Source: a virus
Taxonomy: Duplodnaviria; Caudoviricetes
Reading direction: 5' to 3' (one strand)
Virus record (IMG/VR): IMGVR_UViG_3300032038_000053
Span: 1 to 64,000 of that record
DNA length: 64,000 bases
Each line of letters starts with the position of its first letter. The first letter of the stretch is position 1. The translations under genes and the position numbers were made by a program. Below are positions 10,136 to 21,529 of this stretch, one piece after another. The notes beneath the pieces were generated by a model. That model worked only from the letters and a program-made list of their open reading frames with translations, searched no databases and was not told the DNA's origin.

Positions 10136-13100
10136 TTATTCACCTTCCCAAACCTGTTTACAGAATCTCTTTAATTCCAATAAACATTTATTGCCAGCAG
10201 CATTGACAACCAATGAAGGAACCATACGTTTTAAAATAGAAGATGGAGCTTGGAAGATATCAACATCTTCATCAGGACGAAATTCGGAATATGGTTCTTG
10301 GCCATCTGGAATAACTTCAGAGATGATTTGTTTACATGCACCATAGTCAGCAATCTTATCACCAACAGATACTTCATCATCATGTCCAATGTAAATCTCA
10401 ATCAACACATCGGTGTTAATACCTTTGATGGATGGAGTCTTCAATGGCTCTGTCGGATTGGAATAGAATGTTCCAAGTTTATAAACGGATGATGTATTGT
10501 CATACTTGTCCAAAATCTTTCTTTTTTGTCGATTGGCTTTGAAATAATCTGTGATAATTTTAAACAAGGATGGTGATAATTTATCCAAGCTTTTGTTTGT
10601 ATAAATCTTTACATCAACAATCTTACCCGCATGATCTGCTGAGATGGAACGTTTGAAAGAATCATCATCTGTAGTAGAACCAAATGCTTTTAAGAAAGCA
10701 TCGACAGATTTATCACCAGTGTCACCCAATCCAAATATGACAAGTGGATCACCGATTTCTACTTCATCTCCAACTTTGACAATCTTATCGATATCATCAG
10801 TTGCATCCAATTTGACTTGCTGTTGCATAATAATATGAGATGACATTTTCTTAGACATCTTTGCAGTAATTGCACCACTATCTTCATATGTGAAATAGTT
10901 ACCAGCAAATGCAACCTTTGCTAATGGACCGATGTTCATACGTACTTGACCAACAGAATCTTTGGAGAAGAACTTTTCGTGATATGCTAAAATGTCATCC
11001 TTCTTAAACACATCACCAGCTTTGAAGTTGGGAATTAATTTATTATTAACATAGAAACCTGAACCAGCATTAAATCCGAGCTTATCATCAACATTAATTG
11101 CTTGCTTCTCACCATTCTTATATTGAACGATCATGTATCCATCTGTGATTTCTAATACTTTACCATCGTCTTGTGCCATGGCTGAGAATTCTTCTGTTAG
11201 GTAAGATGGAACAATTTCATCCACACCATTTGCAATCAATACTGGTTGTGAGAAATCTGTGGATACAATATGGCCTGTTTGAGAACAACCAATGGCAACA
11301 CGAATTGCATCATCACGAGATACGGTTCCTGGAGTTAACAATTCCGTGAACGATGCCAATTGTAGATCACTAAAGTCCGCATCTTTAAACGATGTTGGTG
11401 AAGTATATCCACGAACAGATTCTGTTTTTGGATCGGCTGCCAATTGTCTACTAATGCCACAAGTTCCACTATTAGGTGTTGACATCGCCATTTTGCCAAT
11501 CATACTATCATTATATGCACGACGTGCTTTGGAATATGCCTGAGTATTATTCACACCACGGAATCCTTTGGTGGAGATTGTTTCACGGGAGTGTAATTCA
11601 ATCATGGGATTCAAACCGCTCATTTGTTTTACGGATTCCAAATTGATTAATTCTTGAATAATGCAATTGGGTGTAAATTGGAATTTTGCTTTTCTTGATT
11701 TTGATCCTGTTCTATTGTTGTACTTAGACATTTCTACAGCCAAGTGATAATGAATCATTGCTGGAATAATCTCGGATGAACGTACACGATACAACGAAGC
11801 ATCAAATTCATTCTTATATGTATTATCACATAATAGATTGATTGCATACAGTAGGATTGTTGGTAATGTGTTTGGGATATTATAATGATTACATACATCC
11901 GCAGTAATCGCATCCATAAAGAAATTGTAATAAGTAATGAATGTTGTTAACTGTGAATGCTGGGAAAAGAAGAATTGATTGAAGATGTCGACATAAATTG
12001 AATTTGCTTCCATAATTGGCATATCAAAATCAGCAAAATTATATCCCCTTGTGTTAATACGATAGAATCCATTAAAGACCAATTGTGAAAAGATACTATT
12101 TCGAATGGCTAATGTCTTATCTTTAAAATGATGAATTAAGTAATTGGAATCCTTGAAACGAGGTTCTACGAATTTGAATTCCACACCACTTGTTTTTAGT
12201 AATGATGAGATTCCTTCCCATGCAGCTAAACCAACACCAACTGGTACTAAGTTGCCAATCTTCATAGTAGCATACATAGATGTCTTACCTGGTTTCATCT
12301 TGAAGAATTCATCTTGTAATAACTGTGGTAATGCTGACACAATTGTTTGTGTTAATGTTAATCCTTGTTTTGTTAATCCTGTATCTGTATCGATGATGAT
12401 TGGAACTTGTTTGAACATACCACAACAGAATTCATGATCACTCACAGTTGCAAACTTCCAACGTTTCAAACATTCTGTACGGTTGAAACAAACATCGAAA
12501 TCTGATTCGGGAATCGTAACGGAGAACCACATTTTTGCGAATTCGTCATATTCAACTGTGGAGATGTAATGGTTATTTGCATTGACATTTGATCCTGGTT
12601 TAATGTATTTTAATGAGCCATCTGGGTTGGCTTGCTTTTCCATAACCTTTCGTAATGCGGTAACATCAACCAATGAACGAGTATCATATCTTTCAACAGT
12701 AATCTTATTGTAATTACTTGTGATGATAATTGTCTTGTGATTGATTTTTAATACTGGCAATGGAAAGTCTTGTTTGTCAATGTTATACCATGTTCCATTG
12801 ACATAGAATCTACCATTAAACATTTTTGGAACATAAATGTTGATGACATTCTGTAAGTTACTAACCTTACTCTTTAATGTAATTTTCCAGTTATTCATCA
12901 ACGATGTAACATTTGAAATATCGGAGATTTCAACATTCGTCACATAGAAACCATCGGATGGTTTGGATAACCCCATCAGTGTTGCAACGATATCTCGATC
13001 CATTAATTTATCTTCATATTCTTTTGAGATATTGGCAAATGATGTACCTTGTTTTGCGGAAATAGATGTTGATGTTGTCTTTAATGGTTTGAATGCCGCA

Positions 13101-14452
13101 GGTTTGGGTACATCCGAAACGGATGTCAACTTATCAAATGTGACATTGTTCAATTTCAATTGTCCCATTTGCATACGTAACTTTTCTTCACGTGGAGATG
13201 ATGTGGATTGCAATACACTCGCATCATCAGCTGGTTGCGTTTCATTTGCAATCTTCTTTGCAGCTTGTCCAACCAATTGTTGTTCTACTGGATTATCAAT
13301 TTTTGACATTAAATCATCCGATAACTTTTGTACTTTTGCTTGATCAACTTGTTGTGATGGATTAATTTGTGATAGCAAATCAGCATTTACACCAAATGCT
13401 TTTGCGGTATACATTTGCTGTTGATTGCGTTTTGTTGGATCTAACTGTGGTTGTTGCTCCAAACGATCTCCACCCAATTGGTCCATTAATGTATCAATTG
13501 TTGCTTTAATTGACTTTGTAACAGATTGATGTGTTGCTTGTAACTGCATCAAATCCTCATCCATCTGTGCAATTGCTGTACCATCATCCTTTGGTTTTTC
13601 TGGTTTTTCTTCCAATGAGTTGTCCAACGAATCTTCCAATTTGCTTGTCTTTTCTGCTTCTTCAGCATCAGCTTCAATCTCATCTAATGATTCAATTTCA
13701 TTTGCAACATTCGCATTCGGAGATGGTGTGGATGTGGAAGTATGATTGATACCAAATTGGGATAACATTTGACGGAATCTTGTTCGATCACGTTCTTCGA
13801 ATGTTTTTAAATCAAACTTGTAATCCCCATCACCAGTTTGAAATATAATGGTCAAATCCATTCGTTTCAATTTGTTAGGAGGATTCAATGCATATGTTGC
13901 CATTAATGCATTAATCAAATCCGTTCGAAATGTTTCCATGGATGGATTTTTGTATATGGGATAACGACGAGTATTGATCCATAATACTTTCTTTTTTGAG
14001 AAATTGTGTTTTGCTGTAATGATACTCATGATGCGATAAATCGTATCTTGAATGATTTGTGGGGATGCATACTTTAAATTCTGATTAATCTTCTTCAACA
14101 ATTCTGTGAATGGAATATAAATGTTATCCGAAATCTTTGCTGGATATGGACTCTGTACTGGTATGATAGGTGGTTGTATCTTTTGCGCATTTAGATAACT
14201 AATTTTCTTATTATAATCATTTTGTGACAAGATATATCGAATTGGTTTTCCACATAATGTGTCGACAAATCGATATGGGATTAATATCTTCTTATAATTG
14301 ATCTTTGGTTGTGGAAAGTTTTTAATCATTTCCAAATCATATTCGAACGAATCGCTCACCAAAAAAATACTTACATCATGACTTTCGGATGGTAAACGAA
14401 AACGTTCTTTCGTTGCCAAATAACTTGGGCGGGCATTAAAATCAACTGCCAT
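10136..14452 (-). CDS. Virion RNA polymerase beta subunit, large fragment (phiKZ gp178-like)
   Basis: Beta motifs: STPNSGTCGISRQL, QTGHIV, GDKIADYGACKQII (GDK..HGNKG equivalent), APSSILKRM (NP.gvPSRM). Has a long N-terminal extension and ends before the beta C-terminal region, as in split phiKZ-type vRNAP. Confidence 0.85.
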   Translation of the reverse strand: MAVDFNARPSYLATKERFRLPSESHDVSIFLVSDSFEYDLEMIKNFPQPKINYKKILIPYRFVDTLCGKPIRYILSQNDYNKKISYLNAQKIQPPIIPVQSPYPAKISDNIYIPFTELLKKINQNLKYASPQIIQDTIYRIMSIITAKHNFSKKKVLWINTRRYPIYKNPSMETFRTDLINALMATYALNPPNKLKRMDLTIIFQTGDGDYKFDLKTFEERDRTRFRQMLSQFGINHTSTSTPSPNANVANEIESLDEIEADAEEAEKTSKLEDSLDNSLEEKPEKPKDDGTAIAQMDEDLMQLQATHQSVTKSIKATIDTLMDQLGGDRLEQQPQLDPTKRNQQQMYTAKAFGVNADLLSQINPSQQVDQAKVQKLSDDLMSKIDNPVEQQLVGQAAKKIANETQPADDASVLQSTSSPREEKLRMQMGQLKLNNVTFDKLTSVSDVPKPAAFKPLKTTSTSISAKQGTSFANISKEYEDKLMDRDIVATLMGLSKPSDGFYVTNVEISDISNVTSLMNNWKITLKSKVSNLQNVINIYVPKMFNGRFYVNGTWYNIDKQDFPLPVLKINHKTIIITSNYNKITVERYDTRSLVDVTALRKVMEKQANPDGSLKYIKPGSNVNANNHYISTVEYDEFAKMWFSVTIPESDFDVCFNRTECLKRWKFATVSDHEFCCGMFKQVPIIIDTDTGLTKQGLTLTQTIVSALPQLLQDEFFKMKPGKTSMYATMKIGNLVPVGVGLAAWEGISSLLKTSGVEFKFVEPRFKDSNYLIHHFKDKTLAIRNSIFSQLVFNGFYRINTRGYNFADFDMPIMEANSIYVDIFNQFFFSQHSQLTTFITYYNFFMDAITADVCNHYNIPNTLPTILLYAINLLCDNTYKNEFDASLYRVRSSEIIPAMIHYHLAVEMSKYNNRTGSKSRKAKFQFTPNCIIQELINLESVKQMSGLNPMIELHSRETISTKGFRGVNNTQAYSKARRAYNDSMIGKMAMSTPNSGTCGISRQLAADPKTESVRGYTSPTSFKDADFSDLQLASFTELLTPGTVSRDDAIRVAIGCSQTGHIVSTDFSQPVLIANGVDEIVPSYLTEEFSAMAQDDGKVLEITDGYMIVQYKNGEKQAINVDDKLGFNAGSGFYVNNKLIPNFKAGDVFKKDDILAYHEKFFSKDSVGQVRMNIGPLAKVAFAGNYFTYEDSGAITAKMSKKMSSHIIMQQQVKLDATDDIDKIVKVGDEVEIGDPLVIFGLGDTGDKSVDAFLKAFGSTTDDDSFKRSISADHAGKIVDVKIYTNKSLDKLSPSLFKIITDYFKANRQKRKILDKYDNTSSVYKLGTFYSNPTEPLKTPSIKGINTDVLIEIYIGHDDEVSVGDKIADYGACKQIISEVIPDGQEPYSEFRPDEDVDIFQAPSSILKRMVPSLVVNAAGNKCLLELKRFCKQVWEGE

Positions 14453-14509
14453 AATTTATCACTCCAAACTTAATAAACTAAATGTAACGAATGAAAGGGA
14501 GGTGTTGTT

Positions 14510-14686
14510 ATGAAAACAACATATTATGATACGTGTCCAAAGTGTGGTTGCACATTAGATCCTGGCGAGAGATGTGAAGACTGCTTTCCTAAAGAAAAGG
14601 TTGTACTGAAAAACACACTGGATTACAAAACTGTCATGGAACGAATTGCAAGAAAGGAAGCTAAGTCACATGCTAAAACAAATTAA
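14510..14686 (+). CDS. Small Cys-rich (Zn-ribbon-like) protein, 58 aa
   Basis: Read by hand: MKTTYYDTCPKCGCTLDPGERCEDC...; RBS GGGAGGTG; CPxCGxxLDPGERC motif seen in clostridial phage proteins. Confidence 0.75.
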   Translation: MKTTYYDTCPKCGCTLDPGERCEDCFPKEKVVLKNTLDYKTVMERIARKEAKSHAKTN

Positions 14687-14954
14687 TGAATCGATAAAAC
14701 CGATCTCGTATGAACCAGCAATGAGATTTGTCACAATGGAAGATATATTGGGTGATCAACTGGAGCACAATCATGTTGTGTATAATCCCATGTTGCCGAA
14801 AGAACGTCGTGAACATGTTCTCAAAATTGCCACAGAATTTCATTTCAAACACAAAACATTGACCGACGAAGACACAGATTTGTTGACCACTTTTGATGTT
14901 ACCGAATTATCAGAATTCATCAAAATGTACAAAAAAATTTTAAACATTGCGTGA
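14670..14954 (+). CDS. Hypothetical protein
   Basis: ORF track 14646-14954; ATG at 14670 follows AGGAAG and overlaps the previous gene. Confidence 0.65.
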   Translation: MLKQINESIKPISYEPAMRFVTMEDILGDQLEHNHVVYNPMLPKERREHVLKIATEFHFKHKTLTDEDTDLLTTFDVTELSEFIKMYKKILNIA

Positions 14955-14990
14955 GTGGAATATGCCGGGCTTAGCCCGGCATTCCATACG

Positions 14991-15584
14991 TTACACTTCT
15001 TCGATAAATTCCACACGCAGAATGTGATTTTCCATATTGACCAATCTTGCAATGGTTGTGATAGACACGACGAGTTCTTCTTTATGTTTCGACATGTCAT
15101 ACTTCACAAGGAACTGTCCGATATTATTCGCAATTGTCGGCTTTAACAGTTTCGACAGCTTTTCACGGACCATCTGGGGGGTAATACCGAAATAACTCAC
15201 AACAAACTCAAACATTTCATTGAAGTGACAACTGTCGGAAGTATCAAATCTCCATGTGTTGATGACGTTCGTCATATCGCCCGTTGTGAGTTTCATGACA
15301 CAGATGATGTTGGGCTGGTACTTTCTCACCTGGTCGAGGATCTCTCCCAGCTTTGACTGAGAGATGGTGTTGGTTGACGAGTTCAACATCTTAATCAGCG
15401 TAGAGGACAAGGAGCTGACTTTGATGAGTTCGTCGTTGATTGACTTGCAAAGTGCGACCATAATGGCGTCACCGTTCACTTTCTTAGACATGTCGATTTT
15501 CTCTTGGGTTGAGATTACATGCTTCAGATTGTCGATGGCGTCGGGACACATCAATGCTTTTGCTTCTTCGATGCTTTTATTCAT
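14991..15584 (-). CDS. Hypothetical protein (197 aa), early-type
   Basis: RBS AAAGGAGG; promoter-like ATATAT at ~15601-15616; convergent hairpin terminator at ~14960-14983. Confidence 0.75.
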   Translation of the reverse strand: MNKSIEEAKALMCPDAIDNLKHVISTQEKIDMSKKVNGDAIMVALCKSINDELIKVSSLSSTLIKMLNSSTNTISQSKLGEILDQVRKYQPNIICVMKLTTGDMTNVINTWRFDTSDSCHFNEMFEFVVSYFGITPQMVREKLSKLLKPTIANNIGQFLVKYDMSKHKEELVVSITTIARLVNMENHILRVEFIEEV

Positions 15585-15675
15585 GATTGCATCCTCCTTT
15601 CGTGTTAAATATATATGTTTTTACAAAATAAAAAATATGAACCCGGGCTTTCGCCCGGGTATCACATCATTCATT

Positions 15676-16548
15676 TTACCATTTTAAATATCGATCAAAG
15701 CCATCTTGTTTTGCATATTGATTGAAAACTCGATCCATCTTCACGAGACAGTATTCAATAATTGCACGATTCAATCCTTCTTCAGTTGTCATTTTTCTAT
15801 GTTCCTTGACATATGCTTCGGTAACAATATTACCACACATATTCAGAATAACGGATTCGTTTGTCATATCCTGTGATGGTGTTTCGGAAGATTGATTCTG
15901 CTGATTGTCAGTTGTTGTGGGAGTTGTTTCATTGTCTTTCTTCTCCTCTTCTTCAGCCTTCTTCTTTTCTGCCTTTTCTTTTGATTTCTTATTTAATGAT
16001 TCATCAAGATCATCAAATACTGGAGCTTCATTACCATTAACAATGACATTCGTAACATCGTTTACAATATCCTTGGAGACTTTATTCATGAGATTCTGAC
16101 GAAACTCATCATAGTTCTCACAATTCTTCAATAATTCTTTTGTCTTTAATTCCGCTTCTTCAATCACATTTGGATTTTTTGTTAAACATACTTCTTGTTC
16201 AACCTTGTCACATTGATCATTAATTTCCATAATGATATCACCAATTAACGGGGATTGCAATTTTTGACAACTAGACTTGAGATAATCATAACAACTACCA
16301 CCGTAGTTTGTGTTAATATGTCTCATAATGGATTGATCAATCATGTTATCTAAATCCTTTGTGTCGTCATGCATCATTGCAGAAATCAAATCTTTTAACA
16401 CATACATACTCAGCTTCTCACGGAAGCTTACTTTATCAAACTTTTCAGGACCTGGATCATCAGGCATATCGTGTTTGTCAGCAAATGACTTATCAGTATT
16501 CTTAATAATACTATCTAACAGATCTTTGATATCTGGCATATGTATCAC
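15676..16548 (-). CDS. Putative virion/head protein (290 aa)
   Basis: Co-oriented with the 718-aa gene; carries TNE/S and VTE/A processing-like motifs. Confidence 0.55.
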   Translation of the reverse strand: MIHMPDIKDLLDSIIKNTDKSFADKHDMPDDPGPEKFDKVSFREKLSMYVLKDLISAMMHDDTKDLDNMIDQSIMRHINTNYGGSCYDYLKSSCQKLQSPLIGDIIMEINDQCDKVEQEVCLTKNPNVIEEAELKTKELLKNCENYDEFRQNLMNKVSKDIVNDVTNVIVNGNEAPVFDDLDESLNKKSKEKAEKKKAEEEEKKDNETTPTTTDNQQNQSSETPSQDMTNESVILNMCGNIVTEAYVKEHRKMTTEEGLNRAIIEYCLVKMDRVFNQYAKQDGFDRYLKW

Positions 16549-16553
16549 CTCTA

Positions 16554-18710
16554 TTAATCATTTACAGCATTACCTGATTTCTTGATCACTGGCAATGCGG
16601 CTTTTGTTGCAGATGTGAAAGCACGAATGGATGATTTTGCATTATCAATATCTTCCTTTACTCCAGAATTCTTGAAATTCAGAATCAGATTATTAGTTGC
16701 ATGAATCATCGATGTTAATACTTTCTTACCCTTATCGTCGAATTCGTTTGTCTTGATTGCTCTAGCTAATGTCTTACTGAGCTTCTTTCCATCTTCATTT
16801 ACAGATTCAACAATTTGCTTTAATGATTTCTTTTCATCGTTCAAATCACCTAATACTTTACGAAGATCAATTTCTACTTGGGAAGCAACGGATGTTGCTG
16901 CTTCTAGTGATAGATCATCCCCACCAGTAGGTGTTGTACCAACAGCTCCAGCACCATCATTCAAGAATTCTTTTAGCTGACCAATTGGCATGGTCTTAAC
17001 CTTTTCAGTAGCTTGTGCAATCAGATCATCCATTGACATATTATCAATATCGAGATCGCCCATTTCGCCAGTCTTAGAAGATGTGTCACCCATATCATCG
17101 GTTGGTGTTGTGTCAGGAATATCTGTGGAGATATCATCAAGAGATGCTGCTGGATTACCCATATCTAATTCTGATGGATTATCCATACCACCACCAAGAT
17201 CATCACCACTAGGTGTATCCATATCAGGTGTTGATAAGTCACCACCCATATCACTACCAGGTGTGTTCATATCGGGAGTTGACATATCTGTACCATCCAT
17301 AGCAGAATCAAGATTACTAAATGTATCATCAACATTGTTGTCAAATGTTGGAGTTGTACTCATCAAATCTGGATTTGCTGTATTTGCTTCAGTTGCACTT
17401 GCAACATTATCAGCAATTTGTTGTGAAACATCATTCGTTGTTGCAGTTGACATATCTTCTGGTGCTGGTGCATTTGCATCTGGAGCAGGAGCAGCCGTTG
17501 GATCTGGTGCGGGAGGTGCTGCTGTAGTATCACCACCAGGAGCTGGAGCAGCATTAGGATCAGGAGCAGGAGCTGCTGTTGGATCTGCACCAGTATTGAA
17601 ATCAATTGCTTCTTGATAGTAATTTAATGATCTACCACGAATCGGAACAAATGCTTCTTGTATCTTCTTTTCTTCCGATTTCTTGAAATCCTTTTTGCAA
17701 ACAAGATTCATCTTATCGAAATCTTTCTTTTCGACCTTGATGTTCTTGTATTGATGCTCTCCCTTACTATCGGATTCTTCTTTCGACATCTTCTTCTTCA
17801 ATTCATCAATGTTTTCAATCTTGCCATTCTTTCCTTGACGAACAAGTCTTGTTTGGATTGACCATACAACGTGGTATGGTTTATTCATTCCATCCACATC
17901 AAACTCAACAGCAACCACATACTTATCCATGACTGTTGGAACAATCACACGAACAGGAGTTGCAAGATCCCATACATCATTATTATACAATTCACGACGA
18001 TAACCATCTCTAATCAGTAGACCACGAAGGGCTTCACCAAGATTTTCAAAAGCATTCAAATTGTTTGCAACATTTAATGCGTGAATCTGATTTAAACTTA
18101 ATTCATTTCGATTATTTAATTCAAAGAATACAGGAAGTTTTGCAATGTAATGTTTTGATTCTGGTTTATCCAAATGAAGTGGACCAAGGTCACACATGAT
18201 TGTTGCAGGAACACGTTCATCTGTAATATGCATCATATCATTGCCAAACAATCCTTCTTGTACGATATAAGCATGATAATCTTCATAACGACGGGTTGCA
18301 TATTCGAATACACGTGCATCGTATGACTGATTGCTTTCACGATGAAACCGTTTAACTTTCTGCATTCCTTCTTGATAAAAATCTTCAAATGTTTTTTCTT
18401 TTGAATACGCTTCTGTTGCAATTGCTTGAACGTCCATGGGGATATCTACAATTCTTCCAGAAGTAACGTCCATCTCTACAAGATCCAATTCAATATCATC
18501 TTCAATTGGGATATTGATGACTGGTCGTTCACGGTGTATGTTTTCACCCTCATTAGTTAATTCGTCCATTTCAGCAAATAGATGTGCGTATTCCAAAATC
18601 GCATTATCCAGCTCTTGCTCTTCTGTACTGCCCAATTCTTGTTCTTGAACATGAAACGCTTTTACTTCTTTTTCTTTTTTCGCAATTTCTTGCCTTAAGA
18701 AATTTAGCAT
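16554..18710 (-). CDS. Putative head/inner-body or scaffold protein (718 aa) with Pro/Ala/Asp/Thr-rich linker
   Basis: Multiple QE/[AG] motifs (FYQEG, IVQEG, IQEAF, YYQEA); PDPxAAPAP and DxSTPDM low-complexity repeats. Confidence 0.6.
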   Translation of the reverse strand: MLNFLRQEIAKKEKEVKAFHVQEQELGSTEEQELDNAILEYAHLFAEMDELTNEGENIHRERPVINIPIEDDIELDLVEMDVTSGRIVDIPMDVQAIATEAYSKEKTFEDFYQEGMQKVKRFHRESNQSYDARVFEYATRRYEDYHAYIVQEGLFGNDMMHITDERVPATIMCDLGPLHLDKPESKHYIAKLPVFFELNNRNELSLNQIHALNVANNLNAFENLGEALRGLLIRDGYRRELYNNDVWDLATPVRVIVPTVMDKYVVAVEFDVDGMNKPYHVVWSIQTRLVRQGKNGKIENIDELKKKMSKEESDSKGEHQYKNIKVEKKDFDKMNLVCKKDFKKSEEKKIQEAFVPIRGRSLNYYQEAIDFNTGADPTAAPAPDPNAAPAPGGDTTAAPPAPDPTAAPAPDANAPAPEDMSTATTNDVSQQIADNVASATEANTANPDLMSTTPTFDNNVDDTFSNLDSAMDGTDMSTPDMNTPGSDMGGDLSTPDMDTPSGDDLGGGMDNPSELDMGNPAASLDDISTDIPDTTPTDDMGDTSSKTGEMGDLDIDNMSMDDLIAQATEKVKTMPIGQLKEFLNDGAGAVGTTPTGGDDLSLEAATSVASQVEIDLRKVLGDLNDEKKSLKQIVESVNEDGKKLSKTLARAIKTNEFDDKGKKVLTSMIHATNNLILNFKNSGVKEDIDNAKSSIRAFTSATKAALPVIKKSGNAVND

Positions 18711-18791
18711 GTTAAATCACTCCTTATATTTGTTTTTAAAATATAGATATCGTTTATTTGAGACATCGAAGTAGTATGGTTTCATGTCTCA

Positions 18792-18938
18792 TTATAAAAC
18801 AAAGCCGAAGGTTTCCATATACAATTCAGCAACCATTTCGGGTGTTAACTCTACAATACCAATGTCTTCCAATTCCATATCACCCTCAACTGTGACACCG
18901 TTGATTGTAGGAAGATCTTCCAATTGGTTATAATCCAT
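18792..18938 (-). CDS. Small acidic protein, 48 aa (MDYNQLEDLPTINGVTVEGD...)
   Basis: Read by hand; RBS GAGGTGA; not in the ORF track. Confidence 0.6.
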   Translation of the reverse strand: MDYNQLEDLPTINGVTVEGDMELEDIGIVELTPEMVAELYMETFGFVL

Positions 18939-18970
18939 ACGATCACCTCATTATGAAAGGAGAATGCTTG

Positions 18971-20896
18971 ATGATTGTCATCGAAAAATATGAGAAGCAG
19001 GTATTTGATGTTTACATGACATCGCACCCCAATGCCGATCCTAATAAGGTTCGTGCATTAATTTCTCAGATGACACAAAAGAATTTTGTCGACATCCCGT
19101 GTGTGATGGACAATAACATTCGTCATGAAACTGAACACACAACTGTCGCAAATGTATTTGATTGGCTTGAACAACGTAAACCAATCATATCCAGTAACGG
19201 TACCTTCTTCAAACAACATGCTGAATACCTGTCACCAACTGTTTTGTTCTTGGAGACATTAGGTAATGAACGTAGCAGTGAGAAGAAATTGATGTATCAA
19301 TTCCCAAAGGGATCTGCTCCATACGTTATGCATTATACTGGACAAGGTAACATTAAAGTCATTATGAACTCGGATTATGGTGGGTCTGGAACCCCACTCT
19401 CACCCTTCTATTCTATGTATATTCCACCGGCTACAACTGGCAGTGCCAAGAACATGACGACTACCTTAATTTGTTGTCTGGAGCTCTTATCTGGCAATGA
19501 AGATCCATGGGCAAAGTTGAATGGAATCAATGAATTGTATGATCTGATTTATAAGGTTTTAACCACAGATGTGTCCGATCGAAAGTTAATGGTTCATGAT
19601 CGATTCTCAACAAAGCAAGTTGTGGAATATCTCATTAAGAAAGTAAACAACCCAACCATCACAGATATTAGATATCTCACACAGTTTGTAGACGGTTTGA
19701 GTGATGACTTAAAATGCAGATTGATGTTGGCGTATAATCTCAGATTTGTGTTAACACAATATCTTTCCGGATATGTTGGAAACATTATGAGATATCTTAA
19801 AGCACATCGGTTAGATACTAATAACATCACAAAAGAGACCATTCAGTCAAGTGGTTATGGTGTGGAACCTCCGGAAGAAATTAAAGAAGATTTGGACTTT
19901 GTGAAACAGTTCATTCTTGATAATTGTTTGTATCATTATTTGGTAAATGATGCAGAAGTACGTGCAACACAAATGGAAAGATTGTGTGTATGTGTCACAG
20001 ATACTGATTCATTAATGGTTCATTTCGCATCGTTCTTGGACGAATTTCAAGCACGTGTTCCATCGTATCGTGATTCCTGTTTGATTGCATCTGCATTTGG
20101 GTTCCGCCTGTTTATTGAAGCAATCATTCCTAAGATGGTAGAAGATATTGCCAATTATCGTGGAATCCAAGATAAGTACTATCGTGACAAGTTCATATTC
20201 AAGAATGAGTTCGCATTCTTAGCAATGTCATTGTTTGCGAAGAAAATGTATTCCGCATCATGTTTTGTTCAAGAAGGAAATCCACGTAACATTCATGAGA
20301 TCCAAGTAACTGGTTTGTCATTTAAGAAACGTGCATCTGCAGAATTCTTAGAACCAATTATGGTAGATTTGTATGACAGGTATGTGTTAACTCCTGATAA
20401 AATTCAGGTGGGAAAATTGTTGGATGAGTATTATGCATTAAGAGAACGATTGATGGAAGTGGTTGATAAAGATGCGTCATATCATCAGGTCATGGGCATC
20501 AAGGCAATCGAATCATATACAAAATCCAAGACACTTCCGAAACAGATGCGTGGAATGATCATATGGAATGCCATGTTCCCTGATGAAGAAATATTACCAA
20601 TGGATCGTGTCACAGTTATTCCAGTATCATTCGAATTGATGGAGAAACATCGTAACATTCCATTATTAGCAAAGGTATTGGAATTATGTTTAGTAGATAA
20701 TCCGAAGAAGAAGGATTCGTATATTAGTCTTCCTGAGACGTATAAGGAAATTCCTGATTGGTTACGTCCTGGCATTGATAAAGACTATTGTGTTGACAAG
20801 TTACTTTCACCATTCAAGCAGTTGCTTGGTTTGTTTGATGTGATGATGACAGATCGAGCTGGTGGAATGTATCCGAGTCGCATGATATTCTTATAA
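18971..20896 (+). CDS. Family-B DNA polymerase, C-terminal (motif B/C) subunit of a split phiKZ-type polymerase
   Basis: Motif B KVIMNSDYG, motif C VTDTDS, KKMYSA, VTGLSFKK. No exonuclease or motif A seen. Start placed after RBS AAAGGAGA. Confidence 0.85.
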   Translation: MIVIEKYEKQVFDVYMTSHPNADPNKVRALISQMTQKNFVDIPCVMDNNIRHETEHTTVANVFDWLEQRKPIISSNGTFFKQHAEYLSPTVLFLETLGNERSSEKKLMYQFPKGSAPYVMHYTGQGNIKVIMNSDYGGSGTPLSPFYSMYIPPATTGSAKNMTTTLICCLELLSGNEDPWAKLNGINELYDLIYKVLTTDVSDRKLMVHDRFSTKQVVEYLIKKVNNPTITDIRYLTQFVDGLSDDLKCRLMLAYNLRFVLTQYLSGYVGNIMRYLKAHRLDTNNITKETIQSSGYGVEPPEEIKEDLDFVKQFILDNCLYHYLVNDAEVRATQMERLCVCVTDTDSLMVHFASFLDEFQARVPSYRDSCLIASAFGFRLFIEAIIPKMVEDIANYRGIQDKYYRDKFIFKNEFAFLAMSLFAKKMYSASCFVQEGNPRNIHEIQVTGLSFKKRASAEFLEPIMVDLYDRYVLTPDKIQVGKLLDEYYALRERLMEVVDKDASYHQVMGIKAIESYTKSKTLPKQMRGMIIWNAMFPDEEILPMDRVTVIPVSFELMEKHRNIPLLAKVLELCLVDNPKKKDSYISLPETYKEIPDWLRPGIDKDYCVDKLLSPFKQLLGLFDVMMTDRAGGMYPSRMIFL

Positions 20897-20925
20897 TGAT
20901 AATTGTATGAAAGGAGGTGATGTGT

Positions 20926-21468
20926 ATGACCTGGGAAGAGTTGTATATTTGGATTGAATCGTATGCTGGTGTTAGTTATGATGTGTCTGATTTGATTCTC
21001 GCATTAAGTGGTGATGCGATCTTCTTGAATCCTGTAACATGGAGAAACATGTTGTCAATCTTGTTGGATCGGTTGAATTCCATGATTGATATCATTAATG
21101 AGAATTATCATAATTTACCAGAGGATGCTCCACCGAAAGACACGTTAAAGACAGATATCACATCAATGGTGTTGACCAATATCGTCGAGATTGTAAACGA
21201 CATTAAACAGAAGCTTGGTATTGAACCATCCGAGATTCGTCGTTTCGTTGTATTGGAAAAACATGTTGACGCATTGACTGATTTGATTCGTGCTTTATCC
21301 GAAAATTCATTAGAGAAATTGATGAAAGAAGATTGGTTTGACGAATATGAGAATGACAATAATGAATTCTTAACGATGACATTCAATATCTCGAAGAATG
21401 ATTTACCGAGCATGCAGTTTTCAATCAATGACATTAGACAGATGCATGAAGATGAGGAATCCGAATAA
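20926..21468 (+). CDS. Hypothetical protein
   Basis: RBS AAAGGAGGTG; downstream of polB. Confidence 0.75.
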   Translation: MTWEELYIWIESYAGVSYDVSDLILALSGDAIFLNPVTWRNMLSILLDRLNSMIDIINENYHNLPEDAPPKDTLKTDITSMVLTNIVEIVNDIKQKLGIEPSEIRRFVVLEKHVDALTDLIRALSENSLEKLMKEDWFDEYENDNNEFLTMTFNISKNDLPSMQFSINDIRQMHEDEESE

Positions 21469-21529
21469 TATATAAGGTTCCTGATGAAACGATTAAATAC
21501 TATTTTATATGCCGAAAGGAGAAATTATT